From Oscillospiraceae bacterium (GTDB lineage: Bacteria > Bacillota > Clostridia > Oscillospirales > UBA929): 64,000 nucleotides of DNA. The stretch spans positions 3,066-67,065 of the forward strand of contig JAIRWH010000009.1 of assembly GCA_031253545.1 (NCBI GenBank), written 5' to 3'. How positions within the stretch are numbered: position 1 is the stretch's first letter; each line of letters begins with the position of its first letter. The translations under genes were made by a program, and so were the position numbers. This document shows positions 44,832-53,944 of the stretch, piece after piece. A model generated the notes under the pieces. It saw only the letters and a list, made by a program, of their open reading frames with translations, searched no databases and was not told the DNA's origin.

Positions 44832-45467
44832 ATGCCGGAAAACACCTACGTAAAACTCGAAAACTTCACCAAAGCCATTACCGGCGACGCAATAGACGAA
44901 TCGCGGAAGATTTATGAGGAAATCAGGCTCGTGAGCGAAAGGGCGCTCGCCGCCGCCGAGGACGAGGCGTTGGGCGAGTCTTTCCGTTTCGTAAAAAACG
45001 AAGTGGCGAAGATTCGCACCGAGGCGGGGCGGCTCGTGTCGCGCAAACTCATGGAAAATAAGCGCAGGCTTTCGTTGCGGCGCGGGGAAATCTGCGCCGA
45101 GTGTGTGCTGCGCGTGCGCGAACGGATTGCCGCGTATGTCGCCACGGACGAATACGCCGAACGCCTGCGCGAATTGGCCGCCAAAGCCTTGCAGGTCTTT
45201 TCCTGCGACGCCGTGTTTTATCTGCGAAAAGAGGATATGCGCCTTGCGGACAAGATATTGCCGCCCGGCTGCCCGCATAAGGCGGAGTTTCGCGAAGGCG
45301 ACTTCGAGCTTGGCGGCCTGCGGGCCTACTGCGGCGACAAAGCGATGCAGATAGACGAATCCTTCGACACCACCCTTGAAGAATTGGGCGAACACTTTGC
45401 CGAGCTTATCGGTTTGGAGATTGCGGGCGCTTTCGCGTCGGGCGTTGCCGCGGAGGGCGTGTCATGA
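44832..45467 (+). CDS. V-type ATPase subunit E
   Basis: 211 aa. The N-terminal half is helical and the C-terminus globular. It sits directly before the A subunit. Confidence 0.7.
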   Translation: MPENTYVKLENFTKAITGDAIDESRKIYEEIRLVSERALAAAEDEALGESFRFVKNEVAKIRTEAGRLVSRKLMENKRRLSLRRGEICAECVLRVRERIAAYVATDEYAERLRELAAKALQVFSCDAVFYLRKEDMRLADKILPPGCPHKAEFREGDFELGGLRAYCGDKAMQIDESFDTTLEELGEHFAELIGLEIAGAFASGVAAEGVS

Positions 45468-47218
45468 GCCTTATTGTGCACGGTATCAACGGCCCCGTGG
45501 TGAAGCTGCGCCCCGGCGGCGCTTTGTCTATGCTGGAAATCGTCTACGTGGGGCGGCAGCGCCTTGTGGGTGAAGTGGTGGGTATTGCCGGCGACACGGC
45601 CACGGTGCAGGTATACGAAGATACGGCGGGCTTGCGCCCCGGCGACGAAGCCGAGCGCGGCGGCGGCCCGCTGGAGCTGCAGCTCGGCCCGGGCCTGCTC
45701 CACAATATCTTCGACGGCATAGCCCGCCCCTTGCGCGTCATCGAAAGCCGCACCGGCCCGTTTATGGCGCGCGGTGTCAATATACCCTCGCTCGACCCGG
45801 AACGGCTGTGGGACGTGACGTTGCATGTGACGGAAGGCGACGAGCTTAAAAGCGGCGACATATACGCCTCCTGCCCGGAGACGGAACTCGTCACCCACAA
45901 ATGCGTCTGCCCGTTCGCGGGCAGGGTAACCCGCGCCGCGCAGAGCGGCAAATATGGCGTGAACAGCGTTGTTTGCGCGCTCACGGACGCAAAGGGGCGC
46001 GAGCACGAGCTGACGCTGTGCGGCCGCTGGCCCATACGCCGCCCGCGCCCCGTGCTGCGCCGCCTGCCCATAGACAGACCCCTGCTCACGGGTCAGAGGA
46101 TTATAGACTCCCTGTTTCCCATAGCCAAAGGCGGGTGCGCCGCCGTGCCCGGCCCGTTCGGCGCGGGCAAGACCATTACGCAGCACCAATTGGCAAAGTG
46201 GAGCGATGCCGATATTGTGGTGTACCTCGGCTGCGGCGAGCGCGGCAACGAGATGACGCAAGTGTTGGAAGAGTTCGGCGCGCTGCTCGACCCGCGTAGC
46301 GGCAAGCCCCTGCTCGACCGCACGGTGCTCATCGCCAATACCTCCAATATGCCCGTGGCGGCGCGCGAAGCCTCTGTGTACACGGGCATGACCATCGCCG
46401 AATATTACCGCGACATGGGTTACCATGTGGCGCTCATGGCCGATTCCACATCGCGTTGGGCGGAGGCCATGCGCGAAATATCCGGCCGTTTGGAGGAAAT
46501 GCCCGCCGAGGAAGGCTACCCCGCCTACCTCTCCTCGCGCCTCGCGGAGTTTTACGAACGCGCGGGTTACACGGTCACGCTCGGCGGCAACGAGGGCAGC
46601 GTTACGGTTATCGGCGCGGTCTCGCCCCAGGGCGGCGACTTCTCCGAGCCCGTCACCCAAAACACCAAGCGGTTTATACGCACCTTTTGGGCTCTTGACA
46701 GGCAGCTCGCCTATGCCCGCCACTTCCCGTCCATCAACTGGATTACGTCTTATTCCGAATACTTAGACGACCTCGCGCCCTGGTATGAGGAGCACCTCGG
46801 CCGCGACTTCGCCCATTTGCGCTCACGCGTTACCAACCTGCTCATTGAGGAATCCAAGCTCATGGAAATAGTGAAGCTCATCGGCGCGGACATACTGCCG
46901 GAGGACCAGAAACTCATCATCGAGGCGGCGCGGGTGGTGCGCCTCGGATTCTTGCAGCAAAACGCCTACCACGCCACAGACACCTTCGTGCCCATAGAGA
47001 AGCAAAAGCGTATGATGGAGCTTATGCTGCGCCTCTACGACGGCGCGCTCACGCTCGTCGAGCGCGGCATACCGCTCTCGCAGCTGAAAGAAACGGGCAT
47101 ATTCGACGAGCTGATACGCATGAAGTACGATATACCCAACGATTCTTTGCATTTGCTCGACGGCACGGGTGAAAATATAGACAAGGCGCTTCGCGCCGTG
47201 ACGGAGGCGAATGAGTAA
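45464..47218 (+). CDS. atpA: V-type ATPase catalytic subunit A
   Basis: 584 aa. Walker A GPFGAGKT. It also contains ...LGCGERGNEM... and ...SRWAEAMREISGRLEEMP. Confidence 0.95.
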   Translation: MSLIVHGINGPVVKLRPGGALSMLEIVYVGRQRLVGEVVGIAGDTATVQVYEDTAGLRPGDEAERGGGPLELQLGPGLLHNIFDGIARPLRVIESRTGPFMARGVNIPSLDPERLWDVTLHVTEGDELKSGDIYASCPETELVTHKCVCPFAGRVTRAAQSGKYGVNSVVCALTDAKGREHELTLCGRWPIRRPRPVLRRLPIDRPLLTGQRIIDSLFPIAKGGCAAVPGPFGAGKTITQHQLAKWSDADIVVYLGCGERGNEMTQVLEEFGALLDPRSGKPLLDRTVLIANTSNMPVAAREASVYTGMTIAEYYRDMGYHVALMADSTSRWAEAMREISGRLEEMPAEEGYPAYLSSRLAEFYERAGYTVTLGGNEGSVTVIGAVSPQGGDFSEPVTQNTKRFIRTFWALDRQLAYARHFPSINWITSYSEYLDDLAPWYEEHLGRDFAHLRSRVTNLLIEESKLMEIVKLIGADILPEDQKLIIEAARVVRLGFLQQNAYHATDTFVPIEKQKRMMELMLRLYDGALTLVERGIPLSQLKETGIFDELIRMKYDIPNDSLHLLDGTGENIDKALRAVTEANE

Positions 47219-48618
47219 TGCGTATTGAGCATACCGGCCTTTCCGAAATCACCGGCCCGCTCATAGTGCTCGACGGCGTGGACAACGCATCCTTCGACGA
47301 ACTGTGCGTGCTCGCCATGCCGGGCGGCGAACACCGCCACGGGCGCGTTATCGCGCTCGAAGACAGGCGCGCTGTGGTGCAGGTCTTCGAGGGCACGCGC
47401 GGCATGTCGCCGGAGACCACCTTCACCCGTTTCACGGGGCGGCCCATGGAAATACCCCTTTCGCGGGAAATGCTCGGCCGTGTGTTCACCGGCGCGGCGC
47501 AGCCCGCCGACGGCCTGGGCGAGCTGTTTCCCGAAGAACGGCGCGGCATAGCGGGCAGCCCCATCAACCCCGTGTCGCGCGTGTATCCCCGCTCGTGTAT
47601 ATATACGGGTATTTCCGCCATAGACGCCATGTCCACTCTCATACGCGGGCAGAAGCTGCCCATATTCTCCGGCGCGGGCATACGCCACAACGAGGTGGCC
47701 GCGCAAATGGTGCGCCAAGCGTCCGTGGCGGACGACGACGCGGGGTTTGCCATCGTGTTCGCGGCCATGGGCGTGAAAAACGATGTGGCGGACTTTTTCA
47801 GGAAAAGTTTTGAGGAATCGGGAGCGCTCCAGCGCGTGGTTATGTATCTCAACCTCGCCTCCGACCCCATCATCGAGCGTATCCTCACGCCGCGTTGCGC
47901 GCTCACCGCCGCCGAATACCTCGCATTTACCTTAGATTACCATGTGCTCGTGGTTATGACCGATATGTCGTCCTATTGCGAGGCGCTGCGCGAGTTTTCC
48001 TCGTCCAAGGGCGAGATACCGTCGCGCAAGGGCTTTCCCAGTTACCTCTACTCCGACCTCGCCTCGCTCTACGAGCGCGCCGGAATGATTGCCGGACACA
48101 CCGGCTCCGTCACGCAGGTGCCCGTGCTCACTATGCCGGGCGACGACATAACCCACCCCATACCCGACCTCACGGTCTATATCACCGAAGGGCAGATAGT
48201 GCTCTCGCGCGAGTTTGACCAGCGCGGGCTCTACCCGCCCATAGCCGTGCTGCCGTCGCTCTCGCGCCTTATGAAAGACGGTATCGGCAAAGACTACACC
48301 CGCGAAGACCACCCCGCGTTGCAAAACCAGCTGTTTTCCTCATACGCCCGTGTGCAGGAGGCGCGCGCTCTCGCCTCGGTTATCGGCGAGGAGGAGCTTT
48401 CCGAGGTTGACCGCAAATACTTGAAGTTCGGCACACTGTTTGAGGAAACCTTCCTGCGTCAGGCGCCCGACGAAAACCGCACCATAGACCGCACGTTGGA
48501 AATAGGCTGGCAGTGCCTCTCCGTGCTGCCGCGCGAGGAATTGGACCGGGTGGATGCCGTGCTGCTCAAAAAGCTCTTCCGCGAAGACGACCCGGCGGCG
48601 CTGCGCGGCTCGATGTAA
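47218..48618 (+). CDS. atpB: V-type ATPase subunit B
   Basis: 466 aa, with conserved SAIDAMSTLIRGQKLPIFSGAG and PGDDITHPIPDLT. Confidence 0.95.
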   Translation: MRIEHTGLSEITGPLIVLDGVDNASFDELCVLAMPGGEHRHGRVIALEDRRAVVQVFEGTRGMSPETTFTRFTGRPMEIPLSREMLGRVFTGAAQPADGLGELFPEERRGIAGSPINPVSRVYPRSCIYTGISAIDAMSTLIRGQKLPIFSGAGIRHNEVAAQMVRQASVADDDAGFAIVFAAMGVKNDVADFFRKSFEESGALQRVVMYLNLASDPIIERILTPRCALTAAEYLAFTLDYHVLVVMTDMSSYCEALREFSSSKGEIPSRKGFPSYLYSDLASLYERAGMIAGHTGSVTQVPVLTMPGDDITHPIPDLTVYITEGQIVLSREFDQRGLYPPIAVLPSLSRLMKDGIGKDYTREDHPALQNQLFSSYARVQEARALASVIGEEELSEVDRKYLKFGTLFEETFLRQAPDENRTIDRTLEIGWQCLSVLPREELDRVDAVLLKKLFREDDPAALRGSM

Positions 48619-48631
48619 CGGGTGACGCCTT

Positions 48632-49240
48632 ATGCCTGACGTAACGCCCACAAAGGGCAACTTGCTGAATATCCGCCGCAGCCTTTCGCTCGCGCGCATG
48701 GGCTACGACCTCATGGACAGGAAACGCAATATACTCATCCATGAAATCCTCGCCCTCATAGAGCGCGCCGAGGAGCTGCAAAGCCGCATAGACACCACAT
48801 TCTCGGCGGCGTATGCCTCGCTGCAAAGCGCCAACATCACGCTCGGCATAAGCTCCGACCTCGCGGAAAGCGTGGCGCTCGACGACACAGTGAACATCCG
48901 CTCGCGCAGCGTCATGGGCGTGGAGATACCCATCGTCACCTGCGCGCCGCGCGACGAGACCGACCTGCCTTACGGCTTTATGTTTTCCGACGCGCGCCTT
49001 GACGATGCGCGCGAGCGCTTCATACAGGTCAAGCACCTCACGGGCGAGCTCGCGGAATTGGAGACCACCATCTATCGCCTCGCCGTGGCAATCAAAAAGA
49101 CCCAAAAACGCGCAAACGCCCTGCAAAACATCATCATACCCGGCTTTGCCGCCGACATCGCCTTCATTACCGACGCGCTCGAGGAAAAGGAGCGCGAGGA
49201 GTTTGTGCGGCTGAAAGTCATCAAGGCGCAAGGCGCGTAA
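48632..49240 (+). CDS. atpD: V-type ATPase subunit D (central stalk)
   Basis: 202 aa, starting PTKGNLLNIRRSLSLARMGYDLMDRKRN, which is typical of subunit D. Confidence 0.9.
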   Translation: MPDVTPTKGNLLNIRRSLSLARMGYDLMDRKRNILIHEILALIERAEELQSRIDTTFSAAYASLQSANITLGISSDLAESVALDDTVNIRSRSVMGVEIPIVTCAPRDETDLPYGFMFSDARLDDARERFIQVKHLTGELAELETTIYRLAVAIKKTQKRANALQNIIIPGFAADIAFITDALEEKEREEFVRLKVIKAQGA

Positions 49241-49248
49241 AAAAACGC

Positions 49249-49277
49249 TGTACAAGCGCGGATTTTTGTGGTATACT
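49249..49277 (+). promoter_or_regulatory. Promoter with extended -10 upstream of cheV
   Basis: TGTACA, 17 nt, TGG-TATACT. Confidence 0.45.
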
Positions 49278-49311
49278 CTTTTTACCATAATTCGGAGGGA
49301 GGGCTAATCCC

Positions 49312-50241
49312 TTGGCACAGAAGAATGAGAAGGCCGAAATACTGTTAGAGAGCGGCACTAACGAGCTGGAGATTATGGAGTTTACCATCTCCGGCAACAC
49401 ATTCGGCATCAACGTGGCGAAGCTCAACAAGATTATGAAGTACGAGGCGGTCAACCCCATGCCCAACAGCCACGCCTTCGTGGAGGGCATCTTCAAGCCG
49501 CGCGACAAAATCATCACGGTCATAGACTTGGCGAAATATATGGGCCTGCCGCCCTCGGAAAACACAGAGCGCGACTACTTCATCATCACCAGCTTCAACC
49601 AAATGGACATGGCCTTCCATGTGCATACGGTGGAAGGTATCCACCGTATCAGTTGGAATATGATTGAAAAGCCCGACAGGACAATCTACGGCGGCACGGA
49701 AGGCCTCGCCACGGGTATCGCCAAGGTCAAGGACAAGCTCATCACCATCGTGGACTTCGAGAAAATCGTCTTCGACATCAGCCCCGAAAGCGGTATCCAA
49801 ATCGAGGAAATCAAACAGCTCGGCATCCGCGAGAGAAACGATAAACCCATCCTCATCGCGGAGGACTCCCAGCTCTTGAAGCAGCTTATCCTCGAATCCA
49901 TCCACGAATCCGGCTACACCAACGTCATCACCTACGACAACGGCGAGGAGGCGTGGAACTCCCTTGTGGACATCAAGCGCCAGATGGAGGAAGAAGGCCG
50001 CGCCATTCAGCATTACTGCTGCTGCGTGATTACCGACATAGAAATGCCCCGCATGGACGGCCACCGCCTCACCAAACTCATCAAGGAGGACCCTGTGCTC
50101 AAAAAACTGCCCGTCATCATCTTCTCGTCGCTCATCAACGAAGAAATGCGTATCAAGGGCGAATCGCTCGGCGCGGACGCGCAGCTCACCAAACCCGAAA
50201 TCGGCAACTTGGTCAAGACCATTGACCAATGGATAATTTAG
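49312..50241 (+). CDS. cheV: CheV (CheW-like domain + receiver)
   Basis: The N-terminal ILLESGTNELEIMEFTISGNTFGINVAKLNKI is CheW-like. C-terminal REC: ILIAEDSQLL...VITDIEMPRMDGHRL...VIIFSSL...QLTKP. The start codon is TTG, after GGAGGGAGGG. Confidence 0.85.
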   Translation: MAQKNEKAEILLESGTNELEIMEFTISGNTFGINVAKLNKIMKYEAVNPMPNSHAFVEGIFKPRDKIITVIDLAKYMGLPPSENTERDYFIITSFNQMDMAFHVHTVEGIHRISWNMIEKPDRTIYGGTEGLATGIAKVKDKLITIVDFEKIVFDISPESGIQIEEIKQLGIRERNDKPILIAEDSQLLKQLILESIHESGYTNVITYDNGEEAWNSLVDIKRQMEEEGRAIQHYCCCVITDIEMPRMDGHRLTKLIKEDPVLKKLPVIIFSSLINEEMRIKGESLGADAQLTKPEIGNLVKTIDQWII

Positions 50242-50259
50242 CATACGGGAGGGATTACA

Positions 50260-50802
50260 ATGCCGAACCTCAAAGGCACGGCCACGGAAAAAAACCTCAT
50301 GGAGGCCTTTGCCGGCGAAAGTCAAGCGCGCAACAAATACACCTACTTCGCGTCCAAGGCAAAGAAAGACGGTTACGAGCAGATAGCGGCCATTTTCGAG
50401 GAAACGGCCGGCAACGAGAAAGAGCACGCCAAGCTCTGGTTTAAGCTCCTGTGCGGCGGGGAAGTACCCTCCACGGCGGCTAACCTCAAAGCCGCCGCCG
50501 AAGGCGAGCACGGCGAATGGACCGAGATGTACAAGCGCATGGCGAATGAAGCGCGCGACGAAGGCTTCGCGGACATCGCGTTTCTGTTTGAGAAGGTGGC
50601 GGACATCGAGCGGCAGCACGAGGAACGCTACCTCAAGCTGCTTTCCTCTGTGGAAGACAAAACCGTTTTTTCCGGCAACGAAAACGCCGTCTGGATTTGC
50701 CGCAACTGCGGCCATGTGGTCACAGGTTCCGCCCCCCCGCAAAAATGCCCCGTTTGCGCCCACCCCCAAGCCTATTTCGAGCTTCGGGCGCAGAACTACT
50801 GA
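50260..50802 (+). CDS. rbr: Rubrerythrin
   Basis: Diiron helices: EAFAGESQARNKY, EKEH, EGEHGEW, ERQHEERY. C-terminal rubredoxin: CRNCG...CPVC. Confidence 0.95.
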   Translation: MPNLKGTATEKNLMEAFAGESQARNKYTYFASKAKKDGYEQIAAIFEETAGNEKEHAKLWFKLLCGGEVPSTAANLKAAAEGEHGEWTEMYKRMANEARDEGFADIAFLFEKVADIERQHEERYLKLLSSVEDKTVFSGNENAVWICRNCGHVVTGSAPPQKCPVCAHPQAYFELRAQNY

Positions 50803-50855
50803 TTCATCATACTTTCCACCTACCCGAGAGTTTTCGACGCGCCGAGATAGTTTTT

Positions 50856-50911
50856 CCGCCGCAAACCTGAGGGCGCGAAAGCGCCCAAAGGCTTGCGGCG
50901 GCTATGTTTTT
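50856..50911 (+). terminator. Compound-hairpin terminator after rbr
   Basis: The outer stem is CCGCCGCAA/TTGCGGCGG and the inner stem GGGCGC-GAAA-GCGCCC. The tail reads CTATGTTTTT. Confidence 0.6.
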
Positions 50912-51127
50912 GCCCCTTAGCGCGGTTTTCGTAATTTTTCCGAATTGGCTATTGACCTTGTGGTTGCTCGAAGGTGTATGCTGACAGGAGACGCGAAAAT
51001 CGGAAAAAGGGGGTGACGAAATGAGACAAAGGCAACCGCGCCTGACGGCGCTTTGGCTGGCGCTCTTTCTCGGCATCTGGCGGCGCAGCCGCGTGTAGAC
51101 CTCCGAGCGCGGGCGACAAGCCCGCGC

Positions 51128-51156
51128 TTGACTTTTCTCGCGAACCGTGCTACACT
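51128..51156 (+). promoter_or_regulatory. Sigma70-like promoter for dfx-HD-cutA
   Basis: TTGACT, 17 nt, TACACT. Confidence 0.5.
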
Positions 51157-51189
51157 TGTGGCAACGAACAGTTGCAAGGAGGGCTTACC

Positions 51190-51585
51190 ATGCGTGAACG
51201 GCAATTATTCTGCAAATGTCCCCATTGCGGCAACATCGTGGGGGTTATCAGCGGCAAAGCCGCGCCGCTTGTGTGCTGCGGCGAGAAAATGGCTGTGCTC
51301 GCGCCCAACACCGCCGATGCCGCGTTAGAAAAGCATGTGCCGTCCGTGTCCATGTCCGGCGGCAAGGTTACCGTGAAGGTCGGCTCGGCGGCTCACCCCA
51401 TGGAAGAACCCCACCACATCTCCTTTGTGTATCTGGAAACCGAGCGCGGCGGGCAACGCAAATGCCTCGGCATCGGTTCCGCGCCGGAGACCGAGTTTTG
51501 CGTGGCAGGCGACGATAAACCGCTGGCCGTGTTTGCCTACTGCAACCTGCACGGCTTATGGATGACCGAAACCTTCGGCGAGTGA
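51190..51585 (+). CDS. dfx: Desulfoferrodoxin (class I superoxide reductase)
   Basis: N-terminal desulforedoxin-like Cys: CKCPHCGNIV...VCCGEKM. SOR centre: EKHVP...HPMEEPHHI...CNLHGLW. SD AGGAGGG. Confidence 0.9.
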   Translation: MRERQLFCKCPHCGNIVGVISGKAAPLVCCGEKMAVLAPNTADAALEKHVPSVSMSGGKVTVKVGSAAHPMEEPHHISFVYLETERGGQRKCLGIGSAPETEFCVAGDDKPLAVFAYCNLHGLWMTETFGE

Positions 51586-51586
51586 G

Positions 51587-52174
51587 ATGGCGCGCGCCGA
51601 AGATTACCACACCCACATCACTCGCCCGGAGGCGTGGGAGTTGCTCTGCGAATACAATAAAGAGCCTTTCCACTTAAAACACGCCCGCACCGTGGAAGCC
51701 GTAATGCGTTGGTTTGCCGAGGAACTGGGCTACGGCGCGCAGGCGGACTTTTGGGCAAATGTCGGTCTGTTGCACGATATAGACTTTGAGATGTATCCCG
51801 AACGGCACTGCTTGGAAGCCGCCGCCATCTTGCGCGGGCGCGGTCTGCCGGAGAGCTTCGTCAGAGCCGTGTGTAGCCACGGCTACGCCCTGACCACGGA
51901 CATATGCCCGGAGCACCAAATGGAAAAAGTCCTCTACGCCACCGACGAGCTCACGGGCCTCATCGGCGCGGCGGCTCTTATGCGCCCGTCCAAGAGTGTT
52001 ATGGACTTAGAGCTCAAATCGTTGAAGAAGAAATACAAAACCCCCAATTTTGCCGCGGGCTGCTCCCGCGAAGTCATCGAACGCGGCGCGGCCATGCTCG
52101 GTTGGGAACTCGACGCGCTTTTGGAAAAGACCATACTCGCCATGCGTTACGCCGAAGGGCAAGGCGCGCTCTGA
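51587..52174 (+). CDS. HD-domain phosphohydrolase
   Basis: 195 aa, with H..H upstream and the LLHDID motif. It starts 1 nt after the dfx stop. Confidence 0.8.
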   Translation: MARAEDYHTHITRPEAWELLCEYNKEPFHLKHARTVEAVMRWFAEELGYGAQADFWANVGLLHDIDFEMYPERHCLEAAAILRGRGLPESFVRAVCSHGYALTTDICPEHQMEKVLYATDELTGLIGAAALMRPSKSVMDLELKSLKKKYKTPNFAAGCSREVIERGAAMLGWELDALLEKTILAMRYAEGQGAL

Positions 52175-52203
52175 ACGGCGCGGGCGGCAACGGGGGGCGG
52201 CCA

Positions 52204-52548
52204 ATGCCAAGCGAATACGCGCTCATTCTCACCACATACCCGCGCGAGGAAGCGGCGCGCGCCGCGGCGCGGGAGCTCGTGGAGCGTCGCCTTGCGCCCG
52301 CGGCGCAAGTTTTCCCCATCGGCAGCGTATACCGCTGGAAGGGCGCGATACGCCACGAGAGCGAGTATATGCTGCTGATAACGGCAAAAGCGGCGATGTA
52401 CGCCGCCATCGAGGAGTTTATATCAACACACCACACATACGAAACGCCGGAGCTGCTCCGGCTGCCCGTCGCGGGCGGCCTGCCCGATTATTTGCGTTGG
52501 ATAGACCGCGAATCGGGAAATACCGCCGTGCCGCCGCCCGCGCCGTAA
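52204..52548 (+). CDS. cutA: CutA divalent-cation tolerance protein
   Basis: MPSEYALILTTYPREEAARAAARELVERRLAPAAQVFPIGSVYRWKGAI...YETPELL is typical of CutA1, at about 114 aa. Confidence 0.85.
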   Translation: MPSEYALILTTYPREEAARAAARELVERRLAPAAQVFPIGSVYRWKGAIRHESEYMLLITAKAAMYAAIEEFISTHHTYETPELLRLPVAGGLPDYLRWIDRESGNTAVPPPAP

Positions 52549-52626
52549 ACAGCCTCGGTGTCGGCGGCACCTCGTCCTTCCCTCTTTTAGGGAGAGCGAA
52601 ATAAACAAAGGAGGGAGACACCGTTC

Positions 52627-53010
52627 ATGGGGTGCGGGGTTATTTTTTTAATGTTTTTGTTCTCTCTGGTTTATGGCGCGTTCCTCACGTTGTGTTCGGC
52701 GGAAGCAACTGACGATGAAGTTGCGGTCTCCTTGCTCATCATTGTGGCAATCGCAGGATTCGTTTCGTGGTTAATCTACAATTACAAGGAAGAAGAGAAG
52801 AGAAAAAACGAAGAATACCAACGCCACATCAAGGAGATTGTTCGGAAGCGTATGTCCGGCAGCGACTATTACAGCAGGGGCAAAGGTCATTACGGCGACA
52901 ATTCGCATTACAACAACGACTCAGACGACGTGTTCGACTATATGATGATGGACGACCTCTCCGGCGGCGGTGGCGACGACGGCGGCGATGGCGGTGGCGG
53001 TTTTTGGTGA
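52627..53010 (+). CDS. Small two-TM protein with charged middle and Gly/Asp-rich C-terminus; visibly AT-richer than its neighbours
   Basis: MGCGVIFLMFLFSLVYGAFLTL..., then LLIIVAIAGFVSWLIY, then KEEEKRKNEEYQRHIKEIVRKR, ending SGGGGDDGGDGGGGFW. AAGGAGGG lies upstream. Confidence 0.55.
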   Translation: MGCGVIFLMFLFSLVYGAFLTLCSAEATDDEVAVSLLIIVAIAGFVSWLIYNYKEEEKRKNEEYQRHIKEIVRKRMSGSDYYSRGKGHYGDNSHYNNDSDDVFDYMMMDDLSGGGGDDGGDGGGGFW

Positions 53011-53021
53011 GGCGCGCCTCG

Positions 53022-53942
53022 CTAACCCGGGGCGCGTTTTCTGCCGGATAGCTGCGAGAGTATTATCGCCGCGAAGATGACCGCGCCTCCGACATACTTT
53101 TGCGCGGTCATTGTTTCGCCGAGCCACACCGTCTCGCCAAGGGCGGCGAACGGCGCTTCCAGGGCGAAGATGATGGCGGCCTTCGCGGGCTCCACGGCGC
53201 GCTGGCCGAGTATCTGAAGCGTATACGCCGTGCCGCAGGCGAACACGCCCCCGAAGAGCAGCGGCAACGCGGCGGCGGCGGCGCTTTGCAAACTGACGGT
53301 CTCAAACGCCGCGGCGGCGGCCATGCTGAGCGCGGCGCTTACGACAAACTGCGCCGCCGCAAAACGCAACGGGGCGACATCGCGCGCGAAGCGGTCTATG
53401 TAGAGTATGTGCAGCGCCCAAAACACCGCCCCCGCAAGCAGCAGAATGTCCGATATTTTCACCGAGGCCAATCCCTCCGGCCCCATGCTCATCAGCGCCA
53501 AGCCGCCAAAGGCGAGCGCGGCGGCAAGCCATGTCAGCGGGCGGGCGCGACGGCCGAACGCTATGCCGAGTATGGGCGTGAATACGATATACAGCCCCGT
53601 GATAAACCCCGCCTCGCTTGCCGACCCGGGGTTCTTATTGAGCACAATGCCGAATTGCTGCAAGTTGGACGCGAAAAAGAGGATAACGCCGCCGCCCAAG
53701 CCCGCCAATAGCGTGCGGCGGTGCCCTTCCTTGCGCGTTCTCTCGAATATGAAGATAACCGGCAACATAGACAGCGCGCCGAGCGCGAAGCGGAAGCCGT
53801 TGTAGGCGAACGCGCCCATGTGCGCCCCCGCCAATTTCTGCGTCACGAACGTGAGGCCCCAGATAACCGAGGTGGCAAAAACAAAGACGGTCGGCAGCAG
53901 CTGCCCCGTCTTGCCCGTGTTCGGTTGCCTTTTGCCGCCCAC
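53022..53942 (-). CDS. EamA/DMT-family transporter
   Basis: About 10 TM segments with a two-EamA-repeat pattern. The start is uncertain. GTG 53942 lies 2 nt after the upstream stop with no SD. The track ATG at 54041 would add an Arg-rich segment overlapping the ATPase gene. Confidence 0.75.
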   Translation of the reverse strand: MGGKRQPNTGKTGQLLPTVFVFATSVIWGLTFVTQKLAGAHMGAFAYNGFRFALGALSMLPVIFIFERTRKEGHRRTLLAGLGGGVILFFASNLQQFGIVLNKNPGSASEAGFITGLYIVFTPILGIAFGRRARPLTWLAAALAFGGLALMSMGPEGLASVKISDILLLAGAVFWALHILYIDRFARDVAPLRFAAAQFVVSAALSMAAAAAFETVSLQSAAAAALPLLFGGVFACGTAYTLQILGQRAVEPAKAAIIFALEAPFAALGETVWLGETMTAQKYVGGAVIFAAIILSQLSGRKRAPG

Positions 53943-53944
53943 GG

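Noticed and set aside
45326-46723. 465-aa minus-strand ORF
   Set aside because: It is antisense to the V-ATPase A subunit, which has Walker A GPFGAGKT on the plus strand. Its composition is low-complexity Ala/Arg/Gly/His.
49345-50769. 474-aa minus-strand ORF
   Set aside because: It is antisense to cheV and rubrerythrin, both unmistakable on the plus strand.
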